Assembly (NCBI GenBank): GCA_037444445.1
Contig: JBBIMK010000002.1
Coordinates: 1-32,000, forward strand
Length of the DNA stretch: 32,000 nucleotides
Direction: 5' to 3'
From: a bacterium
GTDB taxonomy: Bacteria > UBP7 > UBA6624 > JBBIMK01
The number at the start of each line of letters is the position of its first letter. The stretch's first letter is position 1. Shown here one piece after another: positions 16,237 through 24,769 of the stretch. The translations under genes were made by a program, and so were the position numbers. The notes beneath the pieces are model-generated. The model was not told the origin of the DNA. It worked only from the letters and a program-made list of their open reading frames with translations, and made no database searches.

Positions 16237-16827
16237 TTATTTTTCAGTATTCAAGGTGGCGCTGAGAACATAACGAGCAAGAGCGTCAGCCTCAAAATTT
16301 AGCATATCCCCGGGTCCAAAATCTTGAATATTCGTATTTTTCAGAGTATAGGGAATGATGGCGATGGAGAAGGTGTCTGAAGTTACACCTGCCACGGTGA
16401 GGCTGATGCCGTTCAGAGCCACAGCACCTTTTTCCACAATATAAGGCTTCAGATGGGTGGGAATGCCCAGGTGGATATATTCACCCTGCCACGAAATAAC
16501 GGGAACAACCCCATCAATGTGACCATACACGAAGTGCCCACTAATCCTATCGCCCACTTTCAAGGAGCGTTCCAGATTGACCCTTTTTCCCGGTAAGAAA
16601 CGAGAAAAGTTGGTCCGTGCATAGGTTTCACCCGCAATGTCAAAACTCAGAGAACTGAAGGATGCCTGAACCACCGTGAGACAGACTCCATCCACGCTGA
16701 TGCTATCGCCGGGGAGGGTATCCGCTGTCACTTTTAGTGCACGCACAATCAAATGCCGAACGCCCAGGGTCGGCCTCTCCTGGAACTCCTCCACAACTCC
16801 TACCTCTTCAATAATTCCGCTAAACAT
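16237..16827 (-). CDS. ribE: Riboflavin synthase
   Basis: MFSGIIEEVG opening and two lumazine-binding repeats (SISVDGVCLTV / GAVALNGISLTV). Overlaps ribD by 8 nt. Confidence 0.9.
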   Translation of the reverse strand: MFSGIIEEVGVVEEFQERPTLGVRHLIVRALKVTADTLPGDSISVDGVCLTVVQASFSSLSFDIAGETYARTNFSRFLPGKRVNLERSLKVGDRISGHFVYGHIDGVVPVISWQGEYIHLGIPTHLKPYIVEKGAVALNGISLTVAGVTSDTFSIAIIPYTLKNTNIQDFGPGDMLNFEADALARYVLSATLNTEK

Positions 16828-17926
16828 CTTCAGGGGAAAAGAAAATATGGACTCTCAGGTCGGAGCCAACGAACTTCGCAGAAAGGATACGAGGATGAAG
16901 GACTTTCTCAGAACCGCTCGGCTGTAAACGCCCAATGAGGGGCAGTGCGTCATTGCCGAGGAAATGAGGAGCCACATAAAATACAGCCTCATCTACCTGA
17001 CCCTGCTGAAGGAACTGGGTGAAGACAGAGGAGCCACCCTCCACCAACAATCGTCCAACTCCCCTCTTCGCCACTTCTTTCAGGACTTCAGATAGGGGTA
17101 TTATCCCATCATTATCCGATAGATAAAAATTTTCAACTTCCGGAATTGAAGTTTCTTCATCCGCATTTTTTTTACGGCTTTCTCCCCCGATGATAAGAAC
17201 AGGTGGGAAGTTAAAAATCTGGAAATTCCTTTTCAAAGTTCGTTTTCCATCCAGGACAATTTTTAACAAACGCTTGGAGGGCAGGGAAGGATGACGAACA
17301 GTAAGTTGAGGGTTATCACGGGCGATGGTGTTAGCGCCCACCAGGACCGCATCGTTCAAAAAGCGGAGGTGATGAGCGTCTATCCGACTCTCTTCGGAAG
17401 AAATCCAGTAAGGGGTGCTGGACCCGGATGCTGCGGGAGCGATACGGCCATCCAGTGTTAGAGCGGCTTTCAGAGTTACCCACGGTATGTTTTTCGTGGC
17501 GTATTTCAGAAAGGAACGATTCAGCCATCGGGCTTCCTTTTCCAAAACTCCGGTTAGGACTTCTATGCCGTGGGACTGAAGATACTGAAATCCGCTGCCG
17601 TTCACGCGAACATCAGGGTCAGGAATGGCCGCAACCACTTTTTTAATTCCACATTCTACGATGAACGGTGCGCAGGGAGGTTGCCTTCCCCAGTGACAGC
17701 AGGGCTCCAGATTCACGAATAGAGTCGCCCCTTTCGCTTTCTCTCCAGCCATTTCCAGTGCAATTCGCTCCGCGTGTTTTTTCCCCGGTCCATAATGCGT
17801 CCCTCGTCCCACAATTCCCCCATCTTTCACGACTATACATCCTACTAAGGGGTTGGGAGAAGCCCATCCCTCCCCTTTTTCAGCCAGTTCAAAACAGATT
17901 TGCATGAGAAGATTGTAGAGGCTCAT
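16820..17926 (-). CDS. ribD: Bifunctional riboflavin biosynthesis deaminase/reductase
   Basis: CDA zinc motif HAERIALE...LEPCCHWGRQPPC and a C-terminal RibD_C reductase domain (TLKAALTLDGRIA...LLVEGG). ATG overlaps the pheT stop (ATGA). Confidence 0.9.
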   Translation of the reverse strand: MSLYNLLMQICFELAEKGEGWASPNPLVGCIVVKDGGIVGRGTHYGPGKKHAERIALEMAGEKAKGATLFVNLEPCCHWGRQPPCAPFIVECGIKKVVAAIPDPDVRVNGSGFQYLQSHGIEVLTGVLEKEARWLNRSFLKYATKNIPWVTLKAALTLDGRIAPAASGSSTPYWISSEESRIDAHHLRFLNDAVLVGANTIARDNPQLTVRHPSLPSKRLLKIVLDGKRTLKRNFQIFNFPPVLIIGGESRKKNADEETSIPEVENFYLSDNDGIIPLSEVLKEVAKRGVGRLLVEGGSSVFTQFLQQGQVDEAVFYVAPHFLGNDALPLIGRLQPSGSEKVLHPRILSAKFVGSDLRVHIFFSPEDV

Positions 17927-19971
17927 TCCCGTAGATGAATCCCCTTCCGGTTTAGTTCCTTAAGAATTGCCTCTATGCAATTCTCCACTTCCTCCTCCTT
18001 TAGAGTGCGCTCAGGATGTCGGAATCTTAAGTTATAAGTCAACCCCACTTCTTCATCAGGAATCCCCTTTCCTCTGTACACATCAAAGAGAGCCAGGTCT
18101 ACCAGCAGATTTCCTCCTGCCTGGCGAATTATATTCTGAACCTCGGACTGGGCAATGACCAGGGGAACCTGTATAGACAGGTCACGATACACCGGAGGAT
18201 AAACAGGCAGGGATGCATAATAGGGGGTTCTCTCCGCTTCATACAGGGAGGGTTCCAGAAGAAGTTCCGCATACCAGAATTTTCCAGATAAATCAAAATC
18301 AGAAAGAAGATGAGTGTGGAGTTCCCCCAGGATTCCGATTCGCTGTTTCTCCAGTTGAATTTCTGTCTGGCGATGGGGGTGAAATGGGATGCGCTCGGCA
18401 ATGGCCTGAAATAAGATAGGTTTTGGAGTCAGGGCGGCAAGGAAGACCTCCACCAGTCCTTTCGCATCAAAGAAATCAAAAGAATGATATTTTTTCCCGG
18501 TTTTCCAATCCGGTTCATCTGAGGATTCAGGAAGCAAAAAAGCCACTCTTCTTTCTTCCCTTCTTCCTTGAGGGGATTGAAGAAAGACCCTGCCGATTTC
18601 AAAGAAACCTGAAGAGCGGACTTGCCGGCTTTCATTGATTTGAGCCGTTTTCAATAGACCCGGGAGCAGTGTAGGGCGAAGGAATGCCATATCTTGCGTC
18701 AATGGATTTGTCAGGGGAATTCCCGGATACTGGGTGAGGGTATCCCGCCACCGGGAATCTGATTTCAACAAGGGAATAGTTAGAATTTCCTGCAGTCCCA
18801 GGCTGGCGAGGATTTCTCTTCCTCGCATTTCCAGAGCAATTCCTCTGTCCAATCGTCCTGCCGTAAACGGATGGAATTGAACGACCCCCGGATTCTTTTC
18901 ATATCCGTAGATACGGGCAATGTCTTCTATGACATCTTCTGTTAAGATGATGTCAGGACGCCAGGGAGGAATGTGAACCCTGACTCCTCCTTTCGTCTCT
19001 ACTGGAGAGAAGCCTGTGGATTGTAAAATTTCCCGCTGTCGTGAAATGGGGATTTCATACCCTAACACTTCTCTGACCTTCCGGTAGCGGTAGTGGAGGC
19101 TCCTCATCGGGAACGGGAGAGGATATACTTCTGCGATGAATGAGGAAGGTTTTCCCAGTCCATACTGATTCAGGAGATACGCCATGCGTTGCAACGCCAG
19201 CGGTATGCCATCCGGGCTCACATTTCGCTCAAAACGATAAGAGGACTCTGTGCGTAACTTTTGCTCTTTTGCAGTTCGGCGAATAGAAGAGGGAGAGAAA
19301 TAGGCAGATTCAAAAAAGACTCTGGAGGTAAAAGGACCAATAGAGGCTTCTTCACCGCCTATGACTCCAGCAATGGCGATAGGCTTTTTCTGGTCGGCAA
19401 TCACCAGGTGGTGTCGGGATAGGTTCCGAGAAAGGCCATCCAGGGTGAAAAGAGTTTCATCTTTTTTTGCTCTCCGAACCACAATGCAAGACCCTTCAAT
19501 GCGTTCCAGGTCAAAAGCATGCGTGGGCTGTCCTACTTCTAACATCACGTAATTCGTCAGGTCTACAATGGGATGGAGGGGGCGCAGTCCGCATTGAATG
19601 AGCCTACGCTGGATTTCCATCGGAGTTTCCCTGCTTTCTATCGTTGCCACCATACCGGCGTAGCGTTGGCATTCCCGCGGATTCTGTATCACGATAGAAA
19701 TTCCCCCTATGGGAGGGGGGTGAGTGGGCAACTCCTGGACCGGGGGATAGGAGAGAGGAGTTCCAGTTGCTGCGGAAATTTCTCGCGCCACACCTAACAC
19801 ACTCAGGACATCTGTTCGGTTGGAAGGCGTCTCTATATCTAACACCCACTCTCCTTCCACTTTTCCAAGCGCCGTCGCTTCAAAACCTATATTCGTGAGC
19901 AGGCGAACATACTCTTCTTCCGTTTCCTTTAGAGGACAGAACTCTTTCAACCACTCTATTGGAACTCTCAT
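17923..19971 (-). CDS. pheT: Phenylalanine-tRNA ligase beta subunit (short form, no OB-fold B2 domain)
   Basis: MRVPIEWLKEF opening, PSNRTD, B3/B4 (IAIAGVIGG), B5, and a C-terminal FDX-ACB domain (FDVYRGKGI...LTYNLRFRHPERTL). 682 aa. SD AAGGAG lies 6 nt upstream. Confidence 0.9.
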   Translation of the reverse strand: MRVPIEWLKEFCPLKETEEEYVRLLTNIGFEATALGKVEGEWVLDIETPSNRTDVLSVLGVAREISAATGTPLSYPPVQELPTHPPPIGGISIVIQNPRECQRYAGMVATIESRETPMEIQRRLIQCGLRPLHPIVDLTNYVMLEVGQPTHAFDLERIEGSCIVVRRAKKDETLFTLDGLSRNLSRHHLVIADQKKPIAIAGVIGGEEASIGPFTSRVFFESAYFSPSSIRRTAKEQKLRTESSYRFERNVSPDGIPLALQRMAYLLNQYGLGKPSSFIAEVYPLPFPMRSLHYRYRKVREVLGYEIPISRQREILQSTGFSPVETKGGVRVHIPPWRPDIILTEDVIEDIARIYGYEKNPGVVQFHPFTAGRLDRGIALEMRGREILASLGLQEILTIPLLKSDSRWRDTLTQYPGIPLTNPLTQDMAFLRPTLLPGLLKTAQINESRQVRSSGFFEIGRVFLQSPQGRREERRVAFLLPESSDEPDWKTGKKYHSFDFFDAKGLVEVFLAALTPKPILFQAIAERIPFHPHRQTEIQLEKQRIGILGELHTHLLSDFDLSGKFWYAELLLEPSLYEAERTPYYASLPVYPPVYRDLSIQVPLVIAQSEVQNIIRQAGGNLLVDLALFDVYRGKGIPDEEVGLTYNLRFRHPERTLKEEEVENCIEAILKELNRKGIHLRE

Positions 19972-20023
19972 TCCAACTCCTTTATTTTACTCTTTTTTGA
20001 CGAAGTGAGCGAAAAAGGTTCAC

Positions 20024-20203
20024 TCAGACGGCAATCCGTTTGAGGCACTTCGCACAAAGCAGAAGAATCTGCCACTCCCCACGGTAGAAAACTCGTTTTT
20101 TTATCAGGTTAGGTTGCCATATCCTTCTGGTTTTCCGATGAGAGTGGCTTATCCGATTCCCCGTAACACACCTTTTACCGCAGATTTGACACTGTCGTGC
20201 CAT
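20024..20203 (-). CDS. rpmB: 50S ribosomal protein L28
   Basis: MARQCQICGKRCVTGNRISHSHRKTRRIWQPNL matches the L28 pattern. ATG 20203 is preceded by GGTGAAAAGG. The upstream 61 codons of the track ORF are discarded. Confidence 0.85.
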   Translation of the reverse strand: MARQCQICGKRCVTGNRISHSHRKTRRIWQPNLIKKRVFYRGEWQILLLCAKCLKRIAV

Positions 20204-20264
20204 CCTTTTCACCCCAATACCAATAAGATTATTATATAGTATAGAAGGAGGGCGTGCAAGCGGA

Positions 20265-20867
20265 ATGGGGAAAAATGGGTTACTCCGGGTGTGTGGAGGG
20301 AGATGGAAGGGGAGGAAATTGCATTCTGCTCCGAGAGGGAAAATCCGCCCTACATCCGAAGGAATCCGAATCGCTCTGTTCAACATCCTTCAGAGTTACT
20401 TTCCGGGGTGCAGTTTTCTTGACCTATTTGCGGGCACGGGGGCGGTGGGTATTGAAGCCCTCAGTCGCGGAGCCTCCCGGGTGGTTTTCGTGGAACAGAA
20501 TCGCCTGAATCTCCAACTCATCCTGAAAAATCTCAGGAGATTGGCACCTTCCGATGGTTTTCAAATCCTGGAAAACGATGTGCGGATTGCCCTGGATACC
20601 CTTGTTATGGAGGGAGAGAAGTTTGATGTGATTTTTCTTGACCCTCCTTATCTGGAATCAGCCCTCTATCATCTGACGCTGGGGAAATTAGGCGACGGAG
20701 AGCTTCTATCTTCTCGTTCACTGGTGGTAGTTCAAGCGAGGAAAAAAACGAATCTGGAGGAAAGATACGGCGTGCTTCAACTTTACAAAGTCTATGCATA
20801 TGGCTCCACCATCCTATCTTTATATCGGAGGGAAGAAGATGGAAGTCGTATATCCGGGGTCCTTTGA
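20265..20867 (+). CDS. rsmD: 16S rRNA (guanine966-N2)-methyltransferase
   Basis: RPTSEGIRIALFNIL, SAM motif DLFAGTGAVGIEALSRGA, and DPPY. Conserved rsmD-coaD pairing. Confidence 0.85.
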   Translation: MGKNGLLRVCGGRWKGRKLHSAPRGKIRPTSEGIRIALFNILQSYFPGCSFLDLFAGTGAVGIEALSRGASRVVFVEQNRLNLQLILKNLRRLAPSDGFQILENDVRIALDTLVMEGEKFDVIFLDPPYLESALYHLTLGKLGDGELLSSRSLVVVQARKKTNLEERYGVLQLYKVYAYGSTILSLYRREEDGSRISGVL

Positions 20868-21342
20868 CCCGATTACTTACGGACATCTGGACATCCTTGA
20901 GCGAGCCCTGGCATTGTTTGACCGAATTCGTGTGGCTGTGGCGGAGAACCCCCAGAAGTTTCCTCTATTCACCCTTTCGGAACGGGTTGAAATCGTCCGG
21001 GCGGTGCTGGAAGAACATTTTTCGCCGGAGGAATTTTCCCACCTCATCGTGGATGGATTCTCCGGCCTTCTCGTAGATTATTTGAAAACTTCAGGCATCC
21101 GGATTGTCCTTCGTGGTCTCCGCGCCGTTTCTGATTATGAATATGAACTCCAGTTAGCCCATATGAATAAAATCCTGTACCCGGATGTGGATACAGTATT
21201 CCTTGTGGCTTCGCCCCAGTATTCCTTTCTGAGTTCGTCTTTAGTGAAGGAAATCATTTCCTTGAATGGGGACACTTCCAGCATGGTTCCGGTGAGGGTC
21301 GCAAGGGCATTGCGTGAACGCCTTCAAAAAGCCACTCCATGA
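20839..21342 (+). CDS. coaD: Phosphopantetheine adenylyltransferase
   Basis: MEVVYPGSFDPITYGHLDI (HxGH-type motif). ATG 20839 is preceded by GGAGGGAAG. Overlaps rsmD by 29 nt. Confidence 0.95.
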   Translation: MEVVYPGSFDPITYGHLDILERALALFDRIRVAVAENPQKFPLFTLSERVEIVRAVLEEHFSPEEFSHLIVDGFSGLLVDYLKTSGIRIVLRGLRAVSDYEYELQLAHMNKILYPDVDTVFLVASPQYSFLSSSLVKEIISLNGDTSSMVPVRVARALRERLQKATP

Positions 21343-21908
21343 ACAACGAAATTCAACAATTCCTTGCTGTGGTAGAGCGACTGGAAGAACTGGTTCAAAA
21401 GGGGAAAAGGGTGCCACTGATGAAATGGCGAATCCTTGCCGGCGACCCAATCCGTGAGCACATTGAGGCACTGCGTTTTTCTTTCCCCTCTGCTCTCAAT
21501 AAAGCCATTCAACTTTTACAGGAGAGAGAACGAATTCTTGCTGAGTCCCTGGAAGAGCGTAAAAAACTCATTAACTTTTCTGACATCCTTAAAGAAGCCA
21601 GACGAGAGGAAGAGCAAATCCTACAAAAAGCCCGTCAGGATGCCCAGAAAACTCTGGAGGAAACTATTAAAAAGGCTCAACTTCAAGCAGAACAGATTCG
21701 GAAAGATGCTGAAAATTATGCCAGAAAATCCAAGGAAAAAGTCCTTCACTATTCTCTGGACATATTGAAAAATCTCCACCAAACCCTGGATTCTTCCCTG
21801 GAGAATCTCAGCGCTCAGAGGGATACCCTTCAGGCTTCCCTGGAAGTCGTAAATGACTGGATACAGCGAATTCTTCAAGAACTAGAGAAGGACAAGCAGG
21901 GCGGATGA
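21339..21908 (+). CDS. Coiled-coil protein resembling the V-ATPase subunit H/G-like (COG2811-type) family; function unknown
   Basis: ATGA overlap with coaD. Pattern LEELVQKGKRVPL...ERERILAE followed by a long K/E/Q-rich helix. The family assignment is from memory only. Confidence 0.4.
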   Translation: MNNEIQQFLAVVERLEELVQKGKRVPLMKWRILAGDPIREHIEALRFSFPSALNKAIQLLQERERILAESLEERKKLINFSDILKEARREEEQILQKARQDAQKTLEETIKKAQLQAEQIRKDAENYARKSKEKVLHYSLDILKNLHQTLDSSLENLSAQRDTLQASLEVVNDWIQRILQELEKDKQGG

Positions 21909-22726
21909 AGCCATCTATCTCATCCCACTTCCTTCAAATCATAGGGTTGCTCCTGCCCATTTTTTGTCTCATTTCTGCTGATAAAATCCAGTTAGAGGGT
22001 GAAGGCACATTTCAGGGGCGTTTCAACCCGCAAGATAAAAGATTCATCTGGTTTTCAGAAGGTTCGTTCCATATCTCCTGGGATACCCTTCGGATTTCTG
22101 CCCTGGAATTTCGCCAGGAGGAACAGAGTTTAACTGCGGTGGGAGATGTTCGTATTTCTTCTCAGGAATATCTCCTTACCGGAAATCGGTTACAAACTTC
22201 CATTCCTCCTGATAAGATTGAAATTTTTGAAAATGCCTCTTTCAAATTCAGGGAAATTTCGGGCACATCCCAGCACTTGCAAATCTGGCTCCAGAAGGAA
22301 GAATTCATCCTTGAGAAATCTGCAAAAGTGAAAACGCCAGATATAGAAATGGAAGCCGAGCGAGTATTCATCAAAGGGCAAGAATCTGTCACTGCTTCCG
22401 GACATGCCCTTTTTCATTTTCTTCAGATTCAGAATCTTGCAGTGAGGGCAGACGAAGGAAAATGGGAGGGAGAGGCTGGGGAAATCGTGTTGACTTTGCC
22501 TGACCTGCAGTGGGATAGCGGAGAGATACGCGCTTTGAAAGGCATCTTCACTTTGTCTCAACAGAAGGGAAAGTTTACGGGTGGCGTTTCGGGTATCCAC
22601 GGGAAGAAAGCCTTTGAAGCGGAGGAAGCGGAGGTCATCTTTCTGACGGATTCCATCCGCCTTCATCTGAAAGGCAACGCCAGAGTTCGCCTGGAGTCGT
22701 CCGATGTGGTGGCAAAGCCTTTGTGA
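21905..22726 (+). CDS. Periplasmic OstA/LptA-like beta-jellyroll protein (tentative)
   Basis: ATGA overlap. Signal peptide LLLPIFCLISA/DK. Repeated strand motifs as in OstA_N: LTAVGDVRISSQEYLLTGNRL, ASGHALFHF...LAVRADEG, IRLHLKGNARVRLES. Confidence 0.45.
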   Translation: MKPSISSHFLQIIGLLLPIFCLISADKIQLEGEGTFQGRFNPQDKRFIWFSEGSFHISWDTLRISALEFRQEEQSLTAVGDVRISSQEYLLTGNRLQTSIPPDKIEIFENASFKFREISGTSQHLQIWLQKEEFILEKSAKVKTPDIEMEAERVFIKGQESVTASGHALFHFLQIQNLAVRADEGKWEGEAGEIVLTLPDLQWDSGEIRALKGIFTLSQQKGKFTGGVSGIHGKKAFEAEEAEVIFLTDSIRLHLKGNARVRLESSDVVAKPL

Positions 22727-23552
22727 CTTAGTGGCGTATCGGGATTTACTCCTGAATCTGGTGTATCGGGAACTAAAGGTTCGGTATAAAGGCTCTTTAC
22801 TGGGCTTTCTGTGGTCTTTTGTTCACCCCCTGGTGATGTTTCTGGTTTATTATCTGGTGTTTTCCATGTTGACAGACCGATTCAATATGCCCCATTATGA
22901 GTTATTTCTGTTATCCGGGCTTTTTCCATGGATATATTTTCAGTCTTCCATTGCTCGCGCTACACCTTCCATACGCGCCCACGGGATGCTCCTGCGTCAG
23001 GTATATTTCCCTCGCGTCGTTCTACCCATCAGCGTGGTGCTATCGGAGGCTGTTCATTTTTGTGCCGCTTTAGGTGTCCTTTTGCTTCTTTCCCTTTTCA
23101 TTATGAAACGCATGACTCCTGGCATTGTTCTTCTGCCTGTTGTGTTCATTCCTCACTTACTTATTGCCCTTGGATTCGGGTTGGTTTTCGCCACCCTCAA
23201 TGTCTATTTCAGGGATACGGAACAAATCGTCAATCTACTCCTCACCATCTGGTTTTTCGCCAGCCCGGTATTTTATTCTATTGACACGGCCATTACCAAA
23301 ATCCCGGAGCTCACAGGTTCCCTCGGAGAGAAATTGGGAAGATTGGGAGAGATGCTGGGAAATGTTCTAAGCCTTCTTTACTTCGCGAACCCCATGATTT
23401 ATGTTCTCAAAAGTTATAACGCTTTCTTTTACCGGGTTGCTTATCCTTCTCCGGTGGACATCGGAGTTTCCTATCTTGCCGCAGTCCTCGTTCTTCTCTT
23501 TGGATGGTGGATTTTCATCCGGTATCAGGACACCTTTGCGGAGGAATTATGA
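22704..23552 (+). CDS. wzm: ABC-2 type polysaccharide export permease
   Basis: YRDLLLNLVYRELKVRYKGSLLGFLWSFVHPLVMFLVYYLVF is the classic Wzm/TagG/KpsM N-terminus. Six predicted TM helices. Confidence 0.85.
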   Translation: MWWQSLCDLVAYRDLLLNLVYRELKVRYKGSLLGFLWSFVHPLVMFLVYYLVFSMLTDRFNMPHYELFLLSGLFPWIYFQSSIARATPSIRAHGMLLRQVYFPRVVLPISVVLSEAVHFCAALGVLLLLSLFIMKRMTPGIVLLPVVFIPHLLIALGFGLVFATLNVYFRDTEQIVNLLLTIWFFASPVFYSIDTAITKIPELTGSLGEKLGRLGEMLGNVLSLLYFANPMIYVLKSYNAFFYRVAYPSPVDIGVSYLAAVLVLLFGWWIFIRYQDTFAEEL

Positions 23553-24769
23553 ATGCTCCTGTGCTACTGGCTCGTGGAATTTCCAAGAAGTTCAGAATCT
23601 TTTCATACAAGCCAGCAACTTTTCAAGAACGGTTACTTCTGAGGAAAAGCCGGTATCAGGATTTATGGGCATTGAAGAATGTGTCCTTTGAAGTTCCGAA
23701 GGGACAGGTGCTGGGAATTATCGGCAGAAACGGGTCAGGGAAAAGCACTCTGTTGCGAATTTTCTCCCGAATCTATCGCCCCACTGAGGGTCAGATAGAG
23801 GTCAGAGGTCGCATTTCCTCTCTTATAGAGATGGGTGCTGGATTCCACCCAGAACTCACCGGCAGAGAAAATATCTTCCTGAATGGTTCCATCCTCGGTA
23901 TGACACGAAAAGAAATTGAAAAAAAGATAGAACGCATCATTATCTTTTCCGAACTGGGTGACTTCATTGATTCACCTATAAAAACTTATTCTATGGGAAT
24001 GTTCCTTCGCTTGGCTTTCGCTACCGCTATTCAGGTGGACCCGGATATACTTATCATTGACGAGTTAATCGGCGTGGGTGATATTTCATTCCAGGAAAAA
24101 AGTGTGGGACAGATTCTCAAGTTGAAGGACTCCGGAAGAACCATTCTGCTGGTATCCCACCACATGGCGTTAATTCGCCATCTTTCCGACCGGGTCCTCT
24201 GGCTGGAAAGGGGCGAGGTGAAAGGGTTGGGGGAACCCGGCGCCGTGATTGCTTCTTATATGGAACACTTAAAGGTTTCGGGGGTTCGGATGGAAGAAGT
24301 TCGGGGTCCGGGGGGGGTGCCCATCACTCGCCGGCGATGGGGAGAAGGGAAAATCCGGATAGAAAAGGTGTCCTTTCTCGGAAGCGACGGAACCGAAAGA
24401 TTCCTTTTCCATCCGGGTGAGACTGTCCGAATCCGATGTTTACTTCATACCCCTGAGCCTGTGAAAGGGCTGGGGTTAACGCTTCAGATTCACCTGGCCG
24501 ATGGAAATCCTCTGGATGGTCCCCGCCTGTTCAAGAGCGACCGGCCATTTCAGGGCACAGGCACCGTGGATTTTGTTTTTGACCAACTGCCATTCGTTCG
24601 GAGTTCTTTTATGGTTTCTGTGAGCGTGTATGACCGTGAAAATCCGGTCATTCCCAGTGATTCTCACGAGCGCCTCTATGAATTCTCCGTTCTGGATGAA
24701 GGCGATGTGGATGCCCTTGGGTTCTTAAAATTACCCGGCAGGTGGGAGGCACACCTTGAACTTCCATAA
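23549..24769 (+). CDS. wzt: Polysaccharide export ABC ATPase with a C-terminal Wzt_C-like carbohydrate-binding domain
   Basis: ATG 23549 overlaps the wzm stop (ATGA). Walker A GRNGSGKST, signature YSMGMFLRLAFA, Walker B LIIDELIGVGD. The ~160-aa C-terminal beta-rich domain (GEGKIRIEKVSFLGSDG...GETVRIRC...) is absent from plain TagH/KpsT. Confidence 0.8.
   Translation: MNAPVLLARGISKKFRIFSYKPATFQERLLLRKSRYQDLWALKNVSFEVPKGQVLGIIGRNGSGKSTLLRIFSRIYRPTEGQIEVRGRISSLIEMGAGFHPELTGRENIFLNGSILGMTRKEIEKKIERIIIFSELGDFIDSPIKTYSMGMFLRLAFATAIQVDPDILIIDELIGVGDISFQEKSVGQILKLKDSGRTILLVSHHMALIRHLSDRVLWLERGEVKGLGEPGAVIASYMEHLKVSGVRMEEVRGPGGVPITRRRWGEGKIRIEKVSFLGSDGTERFLFHPGETVRIRCLLHTPEPVKGLGLTLQIHLADGNPLDGPRLFKSDRPFQGTGTVDFVFDQLPFVRSSFMVSVSVYDRENPVIPSDSHERLYEFSVLDEGDVDALGFLKLPGRWEAHLELP

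Noticed and set aside
20004-20024. Inverted repeat AGTGAGC-7 nt-GTTCACT between rpmB and pheT, considered as a terminator or attenuator for pheT.
   Set aside because: On the transcribed minus strand the stem has an A-C mismatch and is followed by an A-rich rather than U-rich tract. The gap is only 52 nt, with a good SD for pheT. There is no T-box or leader-peptide features.
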